Below, one piece after another: positions 53,690 to 62,807 of a stretch of 64,000 bases of DNA. This DNA comes from Candidatus Latescibacterota bacterium. Its GTDB lineage: Bacteria > Latescibacterota > UBA2968 > GCA-2709665. A program made the position numbers and the translations under genes. The stretch lies in NCBI GenBank assembly GCA_963667175.2, contig CAXXXF010000002.1, positions 224,001 through 288,000 of the forward strand, given 5' to 3'. The notes below the pieces were generated by a model. The model searched no databases. It saw only the letters and a program-made list of their open reading frames with translations, and had not been told where the DNA came from. Positions within the stretch are counted from its first letter, which is position 1. The number at the start of each line of letters is the position of its first letter.

Positions 53690-54522
53690 TGCCCAACGGG
53701 CTGCGTCCGGACGGAGGACCTGAACTTGTGACTGGCGCCAACTACGACACTCCCTGGTGGCCGCTTATATACGACCAGTGGAACGAGCGGGGCGATAGGC
53801 AGCAGACGCACCAGCGCGAGTTCCAATTCTACAGCATGCAGCTCACCGGAGAGGCGGGTCCGATCCTCGAAACGGCTTGCGGCACTGGTTCGATTCTGCT
53901 TCGCCTTTGGCGCCACGGCGTTGACATAAGGGGTTTCGATTGCGCCGCAGGGATGCTGGCCGTTCTGCGGCGCAAGGCAGCGGCTCTGGGGCTGGGCGAT
54001 ATCGACCGCCGCGTTGGCTGTCAAGACCTCGTTGACTTCTGCTACGACCAGTCCTTTGCAGCCATTCTGATTCCGGCCAGTTCGTTCATGCTCTTACCCA
54101 CACAGTCGGCCCAAATCACCTGTCTCGAACGCATTCGCGCGCATATGGCACCTGGCGGGCGGCTACTGATGAATTTCTACATCCCGTCGCTTGCCGACGA
54201 CCTGCTTGCCCACATCGCCCCGTCCCCGTCGCTGGAAACATTCGGCGAATTCATCCACCCCCAAACAGGCCGCCAAATCAGCGTCCGCTTCAAAAAGATC
54301 GTCGATCTGGGCGAGCAGACTGAGCACTACGAGTGGTTTTTTCTCTACGACGGAGAAACTGCAGCCGTGCCCATGACTGCGCGGTGGATCTACAAAGAAG
54401 AATTTCAGCTATTGCTGCGTCTGGCAGGATTTAGCCGCTGGCGGCTTTCTGGCACCCACGACGGCCAGCCGTACACAGGTTCAAAGGAGATTGGGACGAC
54501 GTACTGGGTCGTCGAACGCTGA
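53683..54522 (+). CDS. Class I SAM-dependent methyltransferase
   Basis: ILETACGTG, GFD...ML, HMAPGGRL. Confidence 0.85.
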   Translation: MKLPNGLRPDGGPELVTGANYDTPWWPLIYDQWNERGDRQQTHQREFQFYSMQLTGEAGPILETACGTGSILLRLWRHGVDIRGFDCAAGMLAVLRRKAAALGLGDIDRRVGCQDLVDFCYDQSFAAILIPASSFMLLPTQSAQITCLERIRAHMAPGGRLLMNFYIPSLADDLLAHIAPSPSLETFGEFIHPQTGRQISVRFKKIVDLGEQTEHYEWFFLYDGETAAVPMTARWIYKEEFQLLLRLAGFSRWRLSGTHDGQPYTGSKEIGTTYWVVER

Positions 54523-54851
54523 GCGGATCAGTACCTGCAAACGGTGGTGACCGTTTGGTAAGCTGGTTAGGGTCTGCCAGCACCGTTGGTTGAAAGACGA
54601 TAGGTATTGTTCGCTACTGCATCAGGGGATACTTCAAGGCGATTCAGTTCGCCACGGCGAGACACAATCGACTGGGTTCCCTGCCTGGCCAATGCGTGAT
54701 GGCGACCCGCCGGAAATCTGGTTTCAGCTGGACAAAGGACGACCTCTCCAACATGATCGACAAGACTTTGAAGTGGGACGTGGATTGAAGCTGCTGCGGG
54801 GTTTATCCCAGGGGACGGACTGTATCACGCGACACAGGAGGAGATGACCCA

Positions 54852-55538
54852 ATGTGCGGTCGATTTACCCAGATGATGTCCTGGGGTGAGCTCCATTGGC
54901 TTTACAGCCTGTCCGAACACTCGGAATCGCTGGAGTTGCAATCCCGCTATAACGGCGCGCCGACCCAGGATTTCGCGGTCTGCCGCCTGGACGGAAACGG
55001 CAACCGGGAGATCGACAGGCTGCAATGGGGTCTGGTACCCGCGTGGTCCAAAGACGTCAGAATCGGCGCCCGCATGATCAACGCACGGGCCGAAAGCGTA
55101 CACGAGAAACCGGCATTCGGCGCCGCCTTTCGGGCGCGCCGGTGCCTGGTGCCGGCCGACGGGTGGTTCGAGTGGCAAGCAGCAGGGAGCGCCAGACAGC
55201 CCTACTTCCTGGCGCTCGCGGACGGGTCGACGCTGTCGTTCGCCGCGCTGTGGGAACGCTGGGATAGAGGCGGCGCCGCCCTGGAGTCATTTACCATCAT
55301 CACCACGGCCGCCGACGAAGCGCTTTCCAACGTCTACCATCGCCAGCCTGCCGTCATCAATCCCGAACACTTCTCCGTCTGGCTCGACAACGAATCATCC
55401 GCGGCGACGTTGCTGGATCTGGTTCGCTATCCTCGCGCGGGACCGTACGAAATACGCGCCATCGGCGCTCGCGTAAACAATGTCCGAAACGACGATCCGG
55501 ACGTTCTCCTGCCCACGTCCCAGCAGCGCCTGTTCTAA
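54852..55538 (+). CDS. SRAP (YedK/HMCES) abasic-site-protecting autopeptidase
   Basis: N-terminal MCGRF, YN.APTQ, INARAES, RCLVPADGWFEW, HRQP.I. Confidence 0.93.
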   Translation: MCGRFTQMMSWGELHWLYSLSEHSESLELQSRYNGAPTQDFAVCRLDGNGNREIDRLQWGLVPAWSKDVRIGARMINARAESVHEKPAFGAAFRARRCLVPADGWFEWQAAGSARQPYFLALADGSTLSFAALWERWDRGGAALESFTIITTAADEALSNVYHRQPAVINPEHFSVWLDNESSAATLLDLVRYPRAGPYEIRAIGARVNNVRNDDPDVLLPTSQQRLF

Positions 55539-55544
55539 GTCCAC

Positions 55545-55637
55545 ACGGGAGAGCGGATTGAAACGACAAAACACCAGTGCCGGTGGTCAGTGACCCGTGG
55601 CCCAGTGAGAGTCTTCCATCAGAAAAAGGATTGAGAC
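55545..55637 (+). CRISPR. Hybrid repeat-spacer-repeat unit (paralogue of 49183-49286)
   Basis: acgggagagcggattgaaac, 36 nt, then cccagtgagagtcttccatcagaaaaaggattgagac. Confidence 0.7.
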
Positions 55638-55642
55638 TGCCT

Positions 55643-55837
55643 ATGCCGCAAGATATCAGAAATCGCCAGGAGCCCGCCGCCTTCCAGTGCTGGCATCCGG
55701 ACGGTACCCCTTACTCGCCGGCAGACTATCGAAAGGCCGGGATGCCTGTCCCGACCCCCGAGCAGATCGCCCACTGGGCTGAGATGGACCGAATATTCGC
55801 CGATCCGGTGAGAATTGTCAATCAGAACAAGAAGTGA
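55643..55837 (+). CDS. Small hypothetical protein (WHPDGTP domain), second copy
   Basis: MPQDIRNRQEPAAFQCWHPDGTP...DYRKAGMPVPTPEQIAHW. Confidence 0.6.
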   Translation: MPQDIRNRQEPAAFQCWHPDGTPYSPADYRKAGMPVPTPEQIAHWAEMDRIFADPVRIVNQNKK

Positions 55838-55876
55838 AACAGCGAATCCGTCCCAATCCTCGCCTGGACGATCGAT

Positions 55877-55912
55877 GTCTCCCCTCGCTTCGGCCGGGGA
55901 GCGGATTGAAAC
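55877..55912 (+). CRISPR. Solitary family-2 repeat
   Basis: gtctcccctcgcttcggccggggagcggattgaaac. Confidence 0.8.
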
Positions 55913-55991
55913 GTCGCCGCAATGTCCCCGCGCCCTTGTGAAAAGGCGAAGTCGACGGGGCGGTACGTGGCGCCAATGGAGGTGAATAACA

Positions 55992-57257
55992 ATGCTATTC
56001 AGACTTACTCGAGATGGAGATAAGAACGGTTTTCAGCCATATGTCGAAACGTCAGCATCAGACTTGCAACTCACCGAAAAGAACCTGGAAACCTGGATGG
56101 CGCTGCACCCTGAGTTGCTTTTTGGAAGCGAGCAAGTCCTTGTGATCAGCCAGTCAGTCGCAGGTCAGAGCATGGGCGACATTCTGGCGTTAGACGCCGA
56201 TGGATGTTTAGTGATCGTCGAGATTAAGCGGGACTGGTCCGATAGAGCGACGGTTGGCCAAATCCTGGAATATGCGGCCGAAATGACCGGGAAATGTTAT
56301 GAGGACCTGGAGAAACTGCATCACAGCTACTGGATCAAACAACACTCGAATTGTAATTATGCATCCTTGCTGACGCGGTTTCAAACCCTGACCGACAACC
56401 ACGAATGTGATGAGGACGATATTCCGAGACGTCAAAAAGGTCATCGAATTCTAGTCGTCGCACCGGCTGCTGACGAGGGCCTGATGAGGATTGTAGAGTG
56501 GCTTAGAGAGTATGGTGTGCCGATCAGCTTTGTGCCTTTCACGATCCATGCAGATACGGAAAGCAAAGACATCTTGCTGGAGCTAGAGCCGCTCCCCGAG
56601 GCTCAGTCGTTCGGAGAAATGGTAGACAGTCAGGAATGGCGTGGAGATTGGATCTTTAATACGAACGAAACTTACGCCCCAGGCGCATACCGAAAGATGT
56701 TTGATCAACGCGTAATTGCTATCCACGGATATGAGAGCGGTCCAGCCAATCTGACAGGTAGTGCCGAAGGGCAGCGGGTATTCGCTTATGTAAATCGCAA
56801 AGGTGTCCTGGCGGTGGGTCGTATCGTTAACGGCCAACCGGTTTCGGGGACAACCGTGTTTGGCGAGGAACGCGAGTTCCATGTGAAGGTCGTCTGGGAG
56901 ACAATCGTGGACGATGACAGGGGAATGACATTACGGGACGTCAGCGAAGAAAAAGGTTACAATCTCCCTGTTCGATGTGTCTTTGCTCGCATGAATCGTC
57001 CCGATGCCGCCGATTGGATCGCCGACGAACTGCAAAGCAGGATGGATAAACGTAATCCTGGACGTAGAGGCTCAAGATTCTCAGACCCTATCGTCGGCCG
57101 CGCCTGGCATGCCGACGGCACGCCTTTTGGTGAGGAAGACTACAGGAGAGCGGGCTTGTATGTCCCCACCGAGGAACAATTGGCCGCGTGGGAGAAGGCG
57201 GATGCCGAACGCGACGCGCTACCGCCCGGTGAGAATCTACCGCCAGAACAGGAATGA
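55992..57257 (+). CDS. NucS/DUF91-like PD-(D/E)XK endonuclease with putative EVE/PUA-like domain and C-terminal WHxDGTP domain
   Basis: EKNLE.W...P.L, DILALD..G.LVIVEIKR...VGQILEY; G.RVFAY...GVLAVG.I. Confidence 0.7.
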   Translation: MLFRLTRDGDKNGFQPYVETSASDLQLTEKNLETWMALHPELLFGSEQVLVISQSVAGQSMGDILALDADGCLVIVEIKRDWSDRATVGQILEYAAEMTGKCYEDLEKLHHSYWIKQHSNCNYASLLTRFQTLTDNHECDEDDIPRRQKGHRILVVAPAADEGLMRIVEWLREYGVPISFVPFTIHADTESKDILLELEPLPEAQSFGEMVDSQEWRGDWIFNTNETYAPGAYRKMFDQRVIAIHGYESGPANLTGSAEGQRVFAYVNRKGVLAVGRIVNGQPVSGTTVFGEEREFHVKVVWETIVDDDRGMTLRDVSEEKGYNLPVRCVFARMNRPDAADWIADELQSRMDKRNPGRRGSRFSDPIVGRAWHADGTPFGEEDYRRAGLYVPTEEQLAAWEKADAERDALPPGENLPPEQE

Positions 57258-57404
57258 AGCAGCAGTGGTCGGTGGTCCGTGTCAGTGACCAGTCCGAAAG
57301 CCGGATGATGTACGGGAAGGTGCATGCGCGCCTGCGGATGCCGGCTTCCAGCTCAATTCCGTGGGTCTTCAAAGCCGAAATGAATCCGGGGAGGCAGGGA
57401 AACC

Positions 57405-58277
57405 ATGAAAATCGTTTTCAGTCGCAAGGGATTCGACTCGACCCGCAGGAGATCTGAATCGCCGAACGGCGGCGTGCCCAGTCCCATCTTTCCGGACGGC
57501 GCCGCCCTGTCCCTGCCAATTCCGCAACACGGAAGTCGGACGCGCTACGGGGACGTACAGTGGCGCGGCGAGTCGATCGGTCCGATTGTGGAGTGCTTGA
57601 CTGAGGGTCGAGTGAAGCAAGGTGATTGTTGCCATCTCGACCCCGATCTGAACGCCGATGCCCTTGCGCGCTTGCCCGGATGGCGGCCGGCCTTCGGGCA
57701 GTCACAGGCCGCTCAGAGCCATCTGAAAAACGAGGGTGTCGAACCCGGGGACCTCTTTCTGTTCTTCGGCTGGTTCCGCGCCGTGGAACCCGGCAAAGGA
57801 GGCATGTGGCGGTACGTTTCAGACGCCCGGGACGTACACAGGCTGTTCGGTTGGCTCCAGGTTTCCGAGGTCGTGCCCGTCGGGGCGGATCTCGCCCGCG
57901 CCCGGTCCGAGCGGCCGTGGCTATCCAGGCATCCGCATCTGAATAGGGATAGGGACAACAACACGATCTACATCGCAAGGGAGAAACTTGACGTCGAGGG
58001 CGTGACTGCGCGGAGCGACGCAGGCCTGTTTTCCGGCAACGGCGACCGATTCACACTGACGGCGCCGGGTTCCAGGACCCGCTCCAATTGGCGGTTGCCT
58101 TGGTGGTTCTATCCCTCAAACGGTCGTCCAACGCTCAGCTACCACGGCAATGGGGATCGCTGGCAGCACGCGAAACCGTGGGTATACCTGGACACGGTCG
58201 GCATCGGGCAGGAGTTCGTGTTCGACGCCGGCGGGATCCCGGAAGCAAACGTCTGGTTGCGAGAACTGTTCAGGTGA
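57405..58277 (+). CDS. Nmad3-like protein
   Basis: MKIVFSRKGFDS, CHLDPD, GDLFLFFGWF, HPH, LSYH, GQEFV. Confidence 0.8.
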   Translation: MKIVFSRKGFDSTRRRSESPNGGVPSPIFPDGAALSLPIPQHGSRTRYGDVQWRGESIGPIVECLTEGRVKQGDCCHLDPDLNADALARLPGWRPAFGQSQAAQSHLKNEGVEPGDLFLFFGWFRAVEPGKGGMWRYVSDARDVHRLFGWLQVSEVVPVGADLARARSERPWLSRHPHLNRDRDNNTIYIAREKLDVEGVTARSDAGLFSGNGDRFTLTAPGSRTRSNWRLPWWFYPSNGRPTLSYHGNGDRWQHAKPWVYLDTVGIGQEFVFDAGGIPEANVWLRELFR

Positions 58278-58588
58278 AGGGTTGTGCCGAGTATCGGCAG
58301 ACGGAACAGAAAGGCATCGCTGGAAATCTCGGCGGGAGAACAGATATGCGGCGAAGCAACGAAAAGCGCAATCGTCTTGCTGCACTCGCCCGCCATCTCC
58401 GGGACAATGTTCCATCCGGATTCCGGGGGGCGGCGACTATCATTCGGGCGTTTATGAATGCGGATTCGTATCGCCGTATACAAAGTTGGCAGGCAATCTA
58501 CACGCATGTGTCGCAAATTGCGACACATGCCAGCACCTGCGTCGTTCGTTGGCGCATTCGCTGCCAACAAACAGGCCGCACGGTACCC

Positions 58589-58615
58589 GTAGGGGCGACC
58601 GGCCGGTCGCCCCTA
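58589..58615. repeat. REP-like palindrome GTAGGGGCGACCGGCCGGTCGCCCCTAC (also about 59515-59539 and 62201-62228)
   Basis: GTAG-started hairpin overlapping the 3' end of antitoxin genes or remnants. Confidence 0.7.
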
Positions 58616-58721
58616 CGCTGCCAGAGGCTCGATGGAAAGCCTAAATCCGATCCGCCGGAGGACCTCAGGCGTGAGGTCGCGGCCGGCATGATCGCGGCAG
58701 GGGAGATGTTTGAATCGAAAT

Positions 58722-59054
58722 CTATGTAAGGTTCAGCCAACTTTGCAGAGAAGCGATCAAAGTCGTCTGATCATTTTGCGCGAGGGATCCGATTTTCTTG
58801 AAAATCAGCTTCTGATGAATCGTATAGATGCCTCGTTTGACGGCAGACGCAACGTTGAGTCCCGATTCCGTCCACTTGTCGAGCACGAACTCGCCAGGTA
58901 ATAGATCTGTTATTCTGCTGGTTAGCGGAACAATGAAAACATCCTGAGAAACATGGAGCGTGCTCACAATGATGGCCGGACGCACTTTGGAATCCTGCAA
59001 GTCAACAAACGGATATCGGACGAGTACGACGTCATTCTCCAAGTAAACGGACAT
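58722..59054 (-). CDS. PemK/MazF-family toxin
   Basis: DVVLVRYPF.D....KVRPAIIVS, VPLTS, GLNVAS. Confidence 0.85.
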   Translation of the reverse strand: MSVYLENDVVLVRYPFVDLQDSKVRPAIIVSTLHVSQDVFIVPLTSRITDLLPGEFVLDKWTESGLNVASAVKRGIYTIHQKLIFKKIGSLAQNDQTTLIASLQSWLNLT

Positions 59055-59232
59055 ATACATCGTCCTCATTATTGTCCCAAACTTGCTTCAGGGCATCCTG
59101 GCTGGCTTCGTGCCAGAACGAATCATCATCGGGCAAAATCGTAACCAATACTCTTTTCCCTTCGGGCAACGCAATGCGTTCGAGGGTTTCAATTTTTCCA
59201 TCTTTCACGATCCCCATTGCGGTGCTGAGCAT
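59032..59232 (-). CDS. Cognate antitoxin (DUF104/AbrB-like)
   Basis: GIVKDGKI...LPEG.RVLVT, WDNNEDDVY; overlaps the toxin start. Confidence 0.7.
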   Translation of the reverse strand: MLSTAMGIVKDGKIETLERIALPEGKRVLVTILPDDDSFWHEASQDALKQVWDNNEDDVYVRLLGE

Positions 59233-59535
59233 GAACAACTCCTTTTCGATTCTTCACGTGCCTATTCCGGTACCAATATGCTCTTGACGTTGTAGCGGTA
59301 GCTATTGATGCTCTGGGCAGCTATCGACCGGTCCTTCAGTCCGTCGAACAAGATATAGCCAACATTCCGGCGAAAAGCAACTGCTTTGACACGACAATGC
59401 GTGCAAAACCAAAATCTCCTCGGCGCATGAAGTACTTCACGGTAGAAATCGTTGTGGTTGCCTGAAAGTTTACGTACCGCGCGTGAATCGGACTGGCGCC
59501 CGCGGCGCCGGTCCGGCGCGAACGGCCGGTCGCCC

Positions 59536-59846
59536 CTACTGCTCTGCCAGGGGCTCGATGGAAAGCCTGAATCCGAGGCTGTTCAGGATCTTCTCCATCG
59601 TGTCAAGGCGAGGATTTCCGTCTCCCGAGAGCGTCCTGTACAGGTGAGCCCGGTTTAGATTCGCCTGCCGCGCCAACTTTCCCAGCCCGCCTCTTGCCGT
59701 CGCAACGTCCTTCAGAGCCAGCAGAAGGACGGTTCGATCCCTGTCTCTGGCGTATTCCTCCAGCGCGACCTCGAGGTAGGCGCGAGCGCGGTCCGGATCA
59801 CTGAGGAATTCGAAATGGTGTTTTTCGAACGATACGGAGGCTTCAT
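59536..59846 (-). pseudogene. Addiction-module antidote (HTH) with a 1-nt deletion right after the ATG
   Basis: AYL..ALEE...LALKDVA.ARGG...LA...L.R.HLY..LS..GNPRL; ATGAA versus ATGGAA in the paralogue at 62536. Confidence 0.6.
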
Positions 59847-60011
59847 CAGGAACGCTCCTTCTGTAGACTTCGGGAGCTTGTTGGCGCACTTGGCAGGAGG
59901 ACTTGCGCCGTCACCCGAAACCAACGCGACGGAATCGTCGCGATACATCCTTTCCGGATCGCCAGGTGTGTGTCGGCAACCTGCGTATCTAAAGGCCTCG
60001 CACGCGGAAAA

Positions 60012-60335
60012 CTACGACGCGAACGTCTCCTTCCGCACAGAGAGGATCTGCGGCGCCGCCCTGTCGCTAATCTTTCCAGGGCGACGGACCAGGCGTGATT
60101 TGTCAACGGTGCGTACCTGATCGAGTACGATCTGTCCGACTTTTCTCTGAAAACGCAAGGGGACGCGGGTGGGATACGTGCAACCTTTTGTCGTCATCGG
60201 GGCAACGATGGCGGTTTCTATGTGCCGGTTCATCTCATCCGGCGATATTACGACACAAGGGCGCGTTTTTTGAATCTCGCGCCCTTGTGTAGGATCGAGC
60301 CGCACCAGGTAGACGTCGAAACGTGCAACTACCAT
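60012..60335 (-). CDS. MazF/PemK toxin
   Basis: RFDVYLVRLDPTQGREIQKTRPCVVISPDEMN, DQVRTVDKSRL. Confidence 0.9.
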   Translation of the reverse strand: MVVARFDVYLVRLDPTQGREIQKTRPCVVISPDEMNRHIETAIVAPMTTKGCTYPTRVPLRFQRKVGQIVLDQVRTVDKSRLVRRPGKISDRAAPQILSVRKETFAS

Positions 60336-60583
60336 TCCCACTCCGTGTTGTCCCACTCGGTAGCTGCCTGAGACTGGTCGTCGATGAGTGTGTCGTCCTG
60401 CTGTTTGCCCATGTTGCGAAAGGCGTCGTCCCATCCGCACCGAGGTTGGGTCGGTGGGCGAATAATCAAATGGTCGCCGTGGTGTTCGAGTTCCACGACG
60501 TCCTGAAGGTGACACTGTTCCAGGAACGCCCGGGGGATGCGGATGCCGCGCGAATTTCCGATTTGAACGAGAGCGGTTTTCAC
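60329..60583 (-). CDS. MazE/AbrB antitoxin
   Basis: LVQIGNSRGIRIP, PR.GW..AF, WD..EWEW. Confidence 0.88.
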   Translation of the reverse strand: MKTALVQIGNSRGIRIPRAFLEQCHLQDVVELEHHGDHLIIRPPTQPRCGWDDAFRNMGKQQDDTLIDDQSQAATEWDNTEWEW

Positions 60584-60689
60584 CGGAAGCCTCCGTTTGG
60601 TTATATTCCCTGCAATATAACTACCAGTTTTGATTCGCGTTGTCAACTGGTTCTCTCACCACACGTGCCTAAGTGTCACGGCGTCAAAC

Positions 60690-61064
60690 GGGTTGGCTGA
60701 ATCTGTACGCTTGTCTTTCACCCCGATGGTACCGTGCGCCTGCGACGAGATTGTCGGGGTCGCCAAAGGCAGAGCTTACCAGGAGCGGACGTCCTCTACG
60801 TCGGGGGCGGCAATACGCTGAAGATGATGCGCTGGCGTCCCGAGAAGGCACGACTTCCACGACATGATGAAGCGGAAGCCTGGGGACGGCCTGGCCATCG
60901 ACAACGACTGCGCGGTCGCGTTTGCATCCGACGGGTACCGGGTCATCGCCGCCAGTCCCGGGGCGGGAGCGTAATCCCTGCGCGTCGAGCATGGAGGCGT
61001 GATCGAACGCCGGCTTCCGGTTTCCGGTGCCTATCGGCCGATTGAGACGCTGTACGAGAGGTAA
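60690..61064 (+). pseudogene. Peptidase E (S51) remnant
   Basis: ADVLYVGGGNTLKMMRW and GLAIDNDCAV in different frames, with stops and deletions. Confidence 0.6.
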
Positions 61065-61255
61065 AAAAGTGGATTACACGGGAAAGTGCCAGACGCAAAC
61101 CGCGTGCCGGATATTGTATTAAAAAGGAATAGAAAAAGCAAAAAACCCATTATTTCTAACTTGACTTTGCAAGCTGGTCTATATATTATTTTTGAACAAT
61201 TGTACCAAAAACCAGGAGGTAAACCTTACCGTCTCACCCCCGGAGACTTCCCTCA

Positions 61256-61474
61256 ATGCTGACTTTTATGCAAAATCTCCTGCACAGGAATGCCTTTTAC
61301 GTTGGATTCTGGAATGGAATATCGCCAATTAGATCCATATACTCAATAAGGCTCCATACGAAAAAATATGACCGAGGATTCCGTGACGACATTCGGGCCT
61401 GGGGGGGAGATATGTGGAAAGCCATAGACGAATATGAGGAAGAGAAAAATGTCGAAGAGACGGCAGCAACGTAA
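61256..61474 (+). CDS. Small hypothetical protein upstream of the DUF2335 gene
   Basis: Overlaps the next gene; TTGACT-17-TATTAT promoter-like element at 61161-61189. Confidence 0.55.
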   Translation: MLTFMQNLLHRNAFYVGFWNGISPIRSIYSIRLHTKKYDRGFRDDIRAWGGDMWKAIDEYEEEKNVEETAAT

Positions 61475-61895
61475 GCCGACACAGGCGAATATACAGAAAC
61501 AAGAAGACCTCCTGAAAGCCATCCCCTCTGAATTACTTAAAACCCTTCCGCAAAACACCCAAATAGCAGTTTTACAGTCAATCTCTTTCCAGGGACCATT
61601 GCCGCCCCCTGCCTTGTATCGAGAGTACAAGGAAATCTTGCCGGGAGCGGAAGAGCGTATTTTGAAACTCGCAGAAAACGAACAAACGCATCGCCATCAG
61701 TGGGACAATAACATTATGAGAAATGCAGCCACGGCGGTTAGACGAGGTCAATGGATGGGCTTTGGAGTGGCATGCGCGGCGATATTATTTGCGGCATTTT
61801 GCGCATACTTGGAACGCGACGGGGGAATGTACATTTTCGGCGGTATATCGTTCATCGGTATTCTCTCGGCATTTGTGCCATCAAGATCCCCATAA
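61449..61895 (+). CDS. DUF2335 membrane protein
   Basis: FQGPLPPP....Y..ILPGAEERI...E.EQ.HRH, two TM helices. Confidence 0.8.
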   Translation: MSKRRQQRKPTQANIQKQEDLLKAIPSELLKTLPQNTQIAVLQSISFQGPLPPPALYREYKEILPGAEERILKLAENEQTHRHQWDNNIMRNAATAVRRGQWMGFGVACAAILFAAFCAYLERDGGMYIFGGISFIGILSAFVPSRSP

Positions 61896-61929
61896 ACTCC
61901 TACCGCTTTCCCCCTCGACTTTTCAGCCA

Positions 61930-62173
61930 CCGCAACCACGACCGTTTCACGTTGACGGCGCCGGGTTCCAAGAGCCGCTCCCGGTGGCGGTTGCCGTGGT
62001 GGTTCTATCCCTCAAACGGTCGTCCAACGCTAAGCTACCACGGCAATGAGGATCGCTGGCAACCCGCGAAACCGTGGGTATACCTGGACACGGTCGGCAT
62101 CGGGCAGGAATTCGTGCTCGACGCCGGCGGGATCCCGGAAGCAAACGTCTGGCTGCGCGAGCTGTTTGGATGA
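61930..62173 (+). pseudogene. 3' fragment of an Nmad3-like gene
   Basis: Near-identical to about 58040-58277. Confidence 0.8.
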
Positions 62174-62224
62174 CGGGTTGTGCCCTGGCCCCGGGTACCT
62201 GTAGGGGCGACCGGCCGGTCGCCC

Positions 62225-62536
62225 CTACAGCTCTGCCAGTGGCTCGATGGATAGCCTGAAGCCCAGGCTGTTCAGGATCTTCTCCATCGTGTCCAGGCGA
62301 GGATTTCCGTCTCCGGAAAGCGTCTTATACACGTGGGCACGGTTCAGGTTTGCCTTCCGCGCCAATTCTCCCAGCCCGCCTTTTGCGGTCGCGACGTCCT
62401 TGAGCGCAAGCAGAAAGGCCGACCTGTCGTGATCCCTGGCGTATTCCTCCAGCGCGGCCTCGAGATAGGTGCGAGCGCGGTCCGGATCACTGAGGAATTC
62501 GAAATGGTGTTTTTCAAATGGGACCGATGGTTCCAT
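62225..62536 (-). CDS. Addiction-module antidote (HTH), no toxin partner
   Basis: MEPSVPFEKHHFEFL...LSGDGNPRLDT. Confidence 0.75.
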   Translation of the reverse strand: MEPSVPFEKHHFEFLSDPDRARTYLEAALEEYARDHDRSAFLLALKDVATAKGGLGELARKANLNRAHVYKTLSGDGNPRLDTMEKILNSLGFRLSIEPLAEL

Positions 62537-62569
62537 CAGGAACGCTCCTTGTAGTCGGTCAGGTAGGGC

Positions 62570-62807
62570 TATAGTCCAATGGGTCGAGCTTTGCAGAGGA
62601 TACATCGAGATTTTGTATTTAGATGGCAAACGGGTTATATTTTATAAATTGTCGGAAGCCCAACTATACTTCTATTTGGAATTAGAGACTTGCATGATTC
62701 ATCTGATTGCCATTGGGTTTAAAAAGTCTCCAAAACACGATATGCTTTGGCGACATGATTATATTCATAAACTGGAAATGGAGAAACCGGATGGCCGCTC
62801 CGTATAA
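62570..62807 (+). pseudogene. Possible RelE/HigB-like toxin C-terminal remnant
   Basis: RVIFY...IHLIAIGFKKS directly upstream of and overlapping an XRE gene; no clear start. Confidence 0.35.

Noticed and set aside
61020-61048. gtttccggtgcctatcggccgattgagac as another solitary repeat
   Set aside because: It lies in the reading frame of the peptidase E remnant C-terminus and matches none of the repeat families beyond the last 8 nt.
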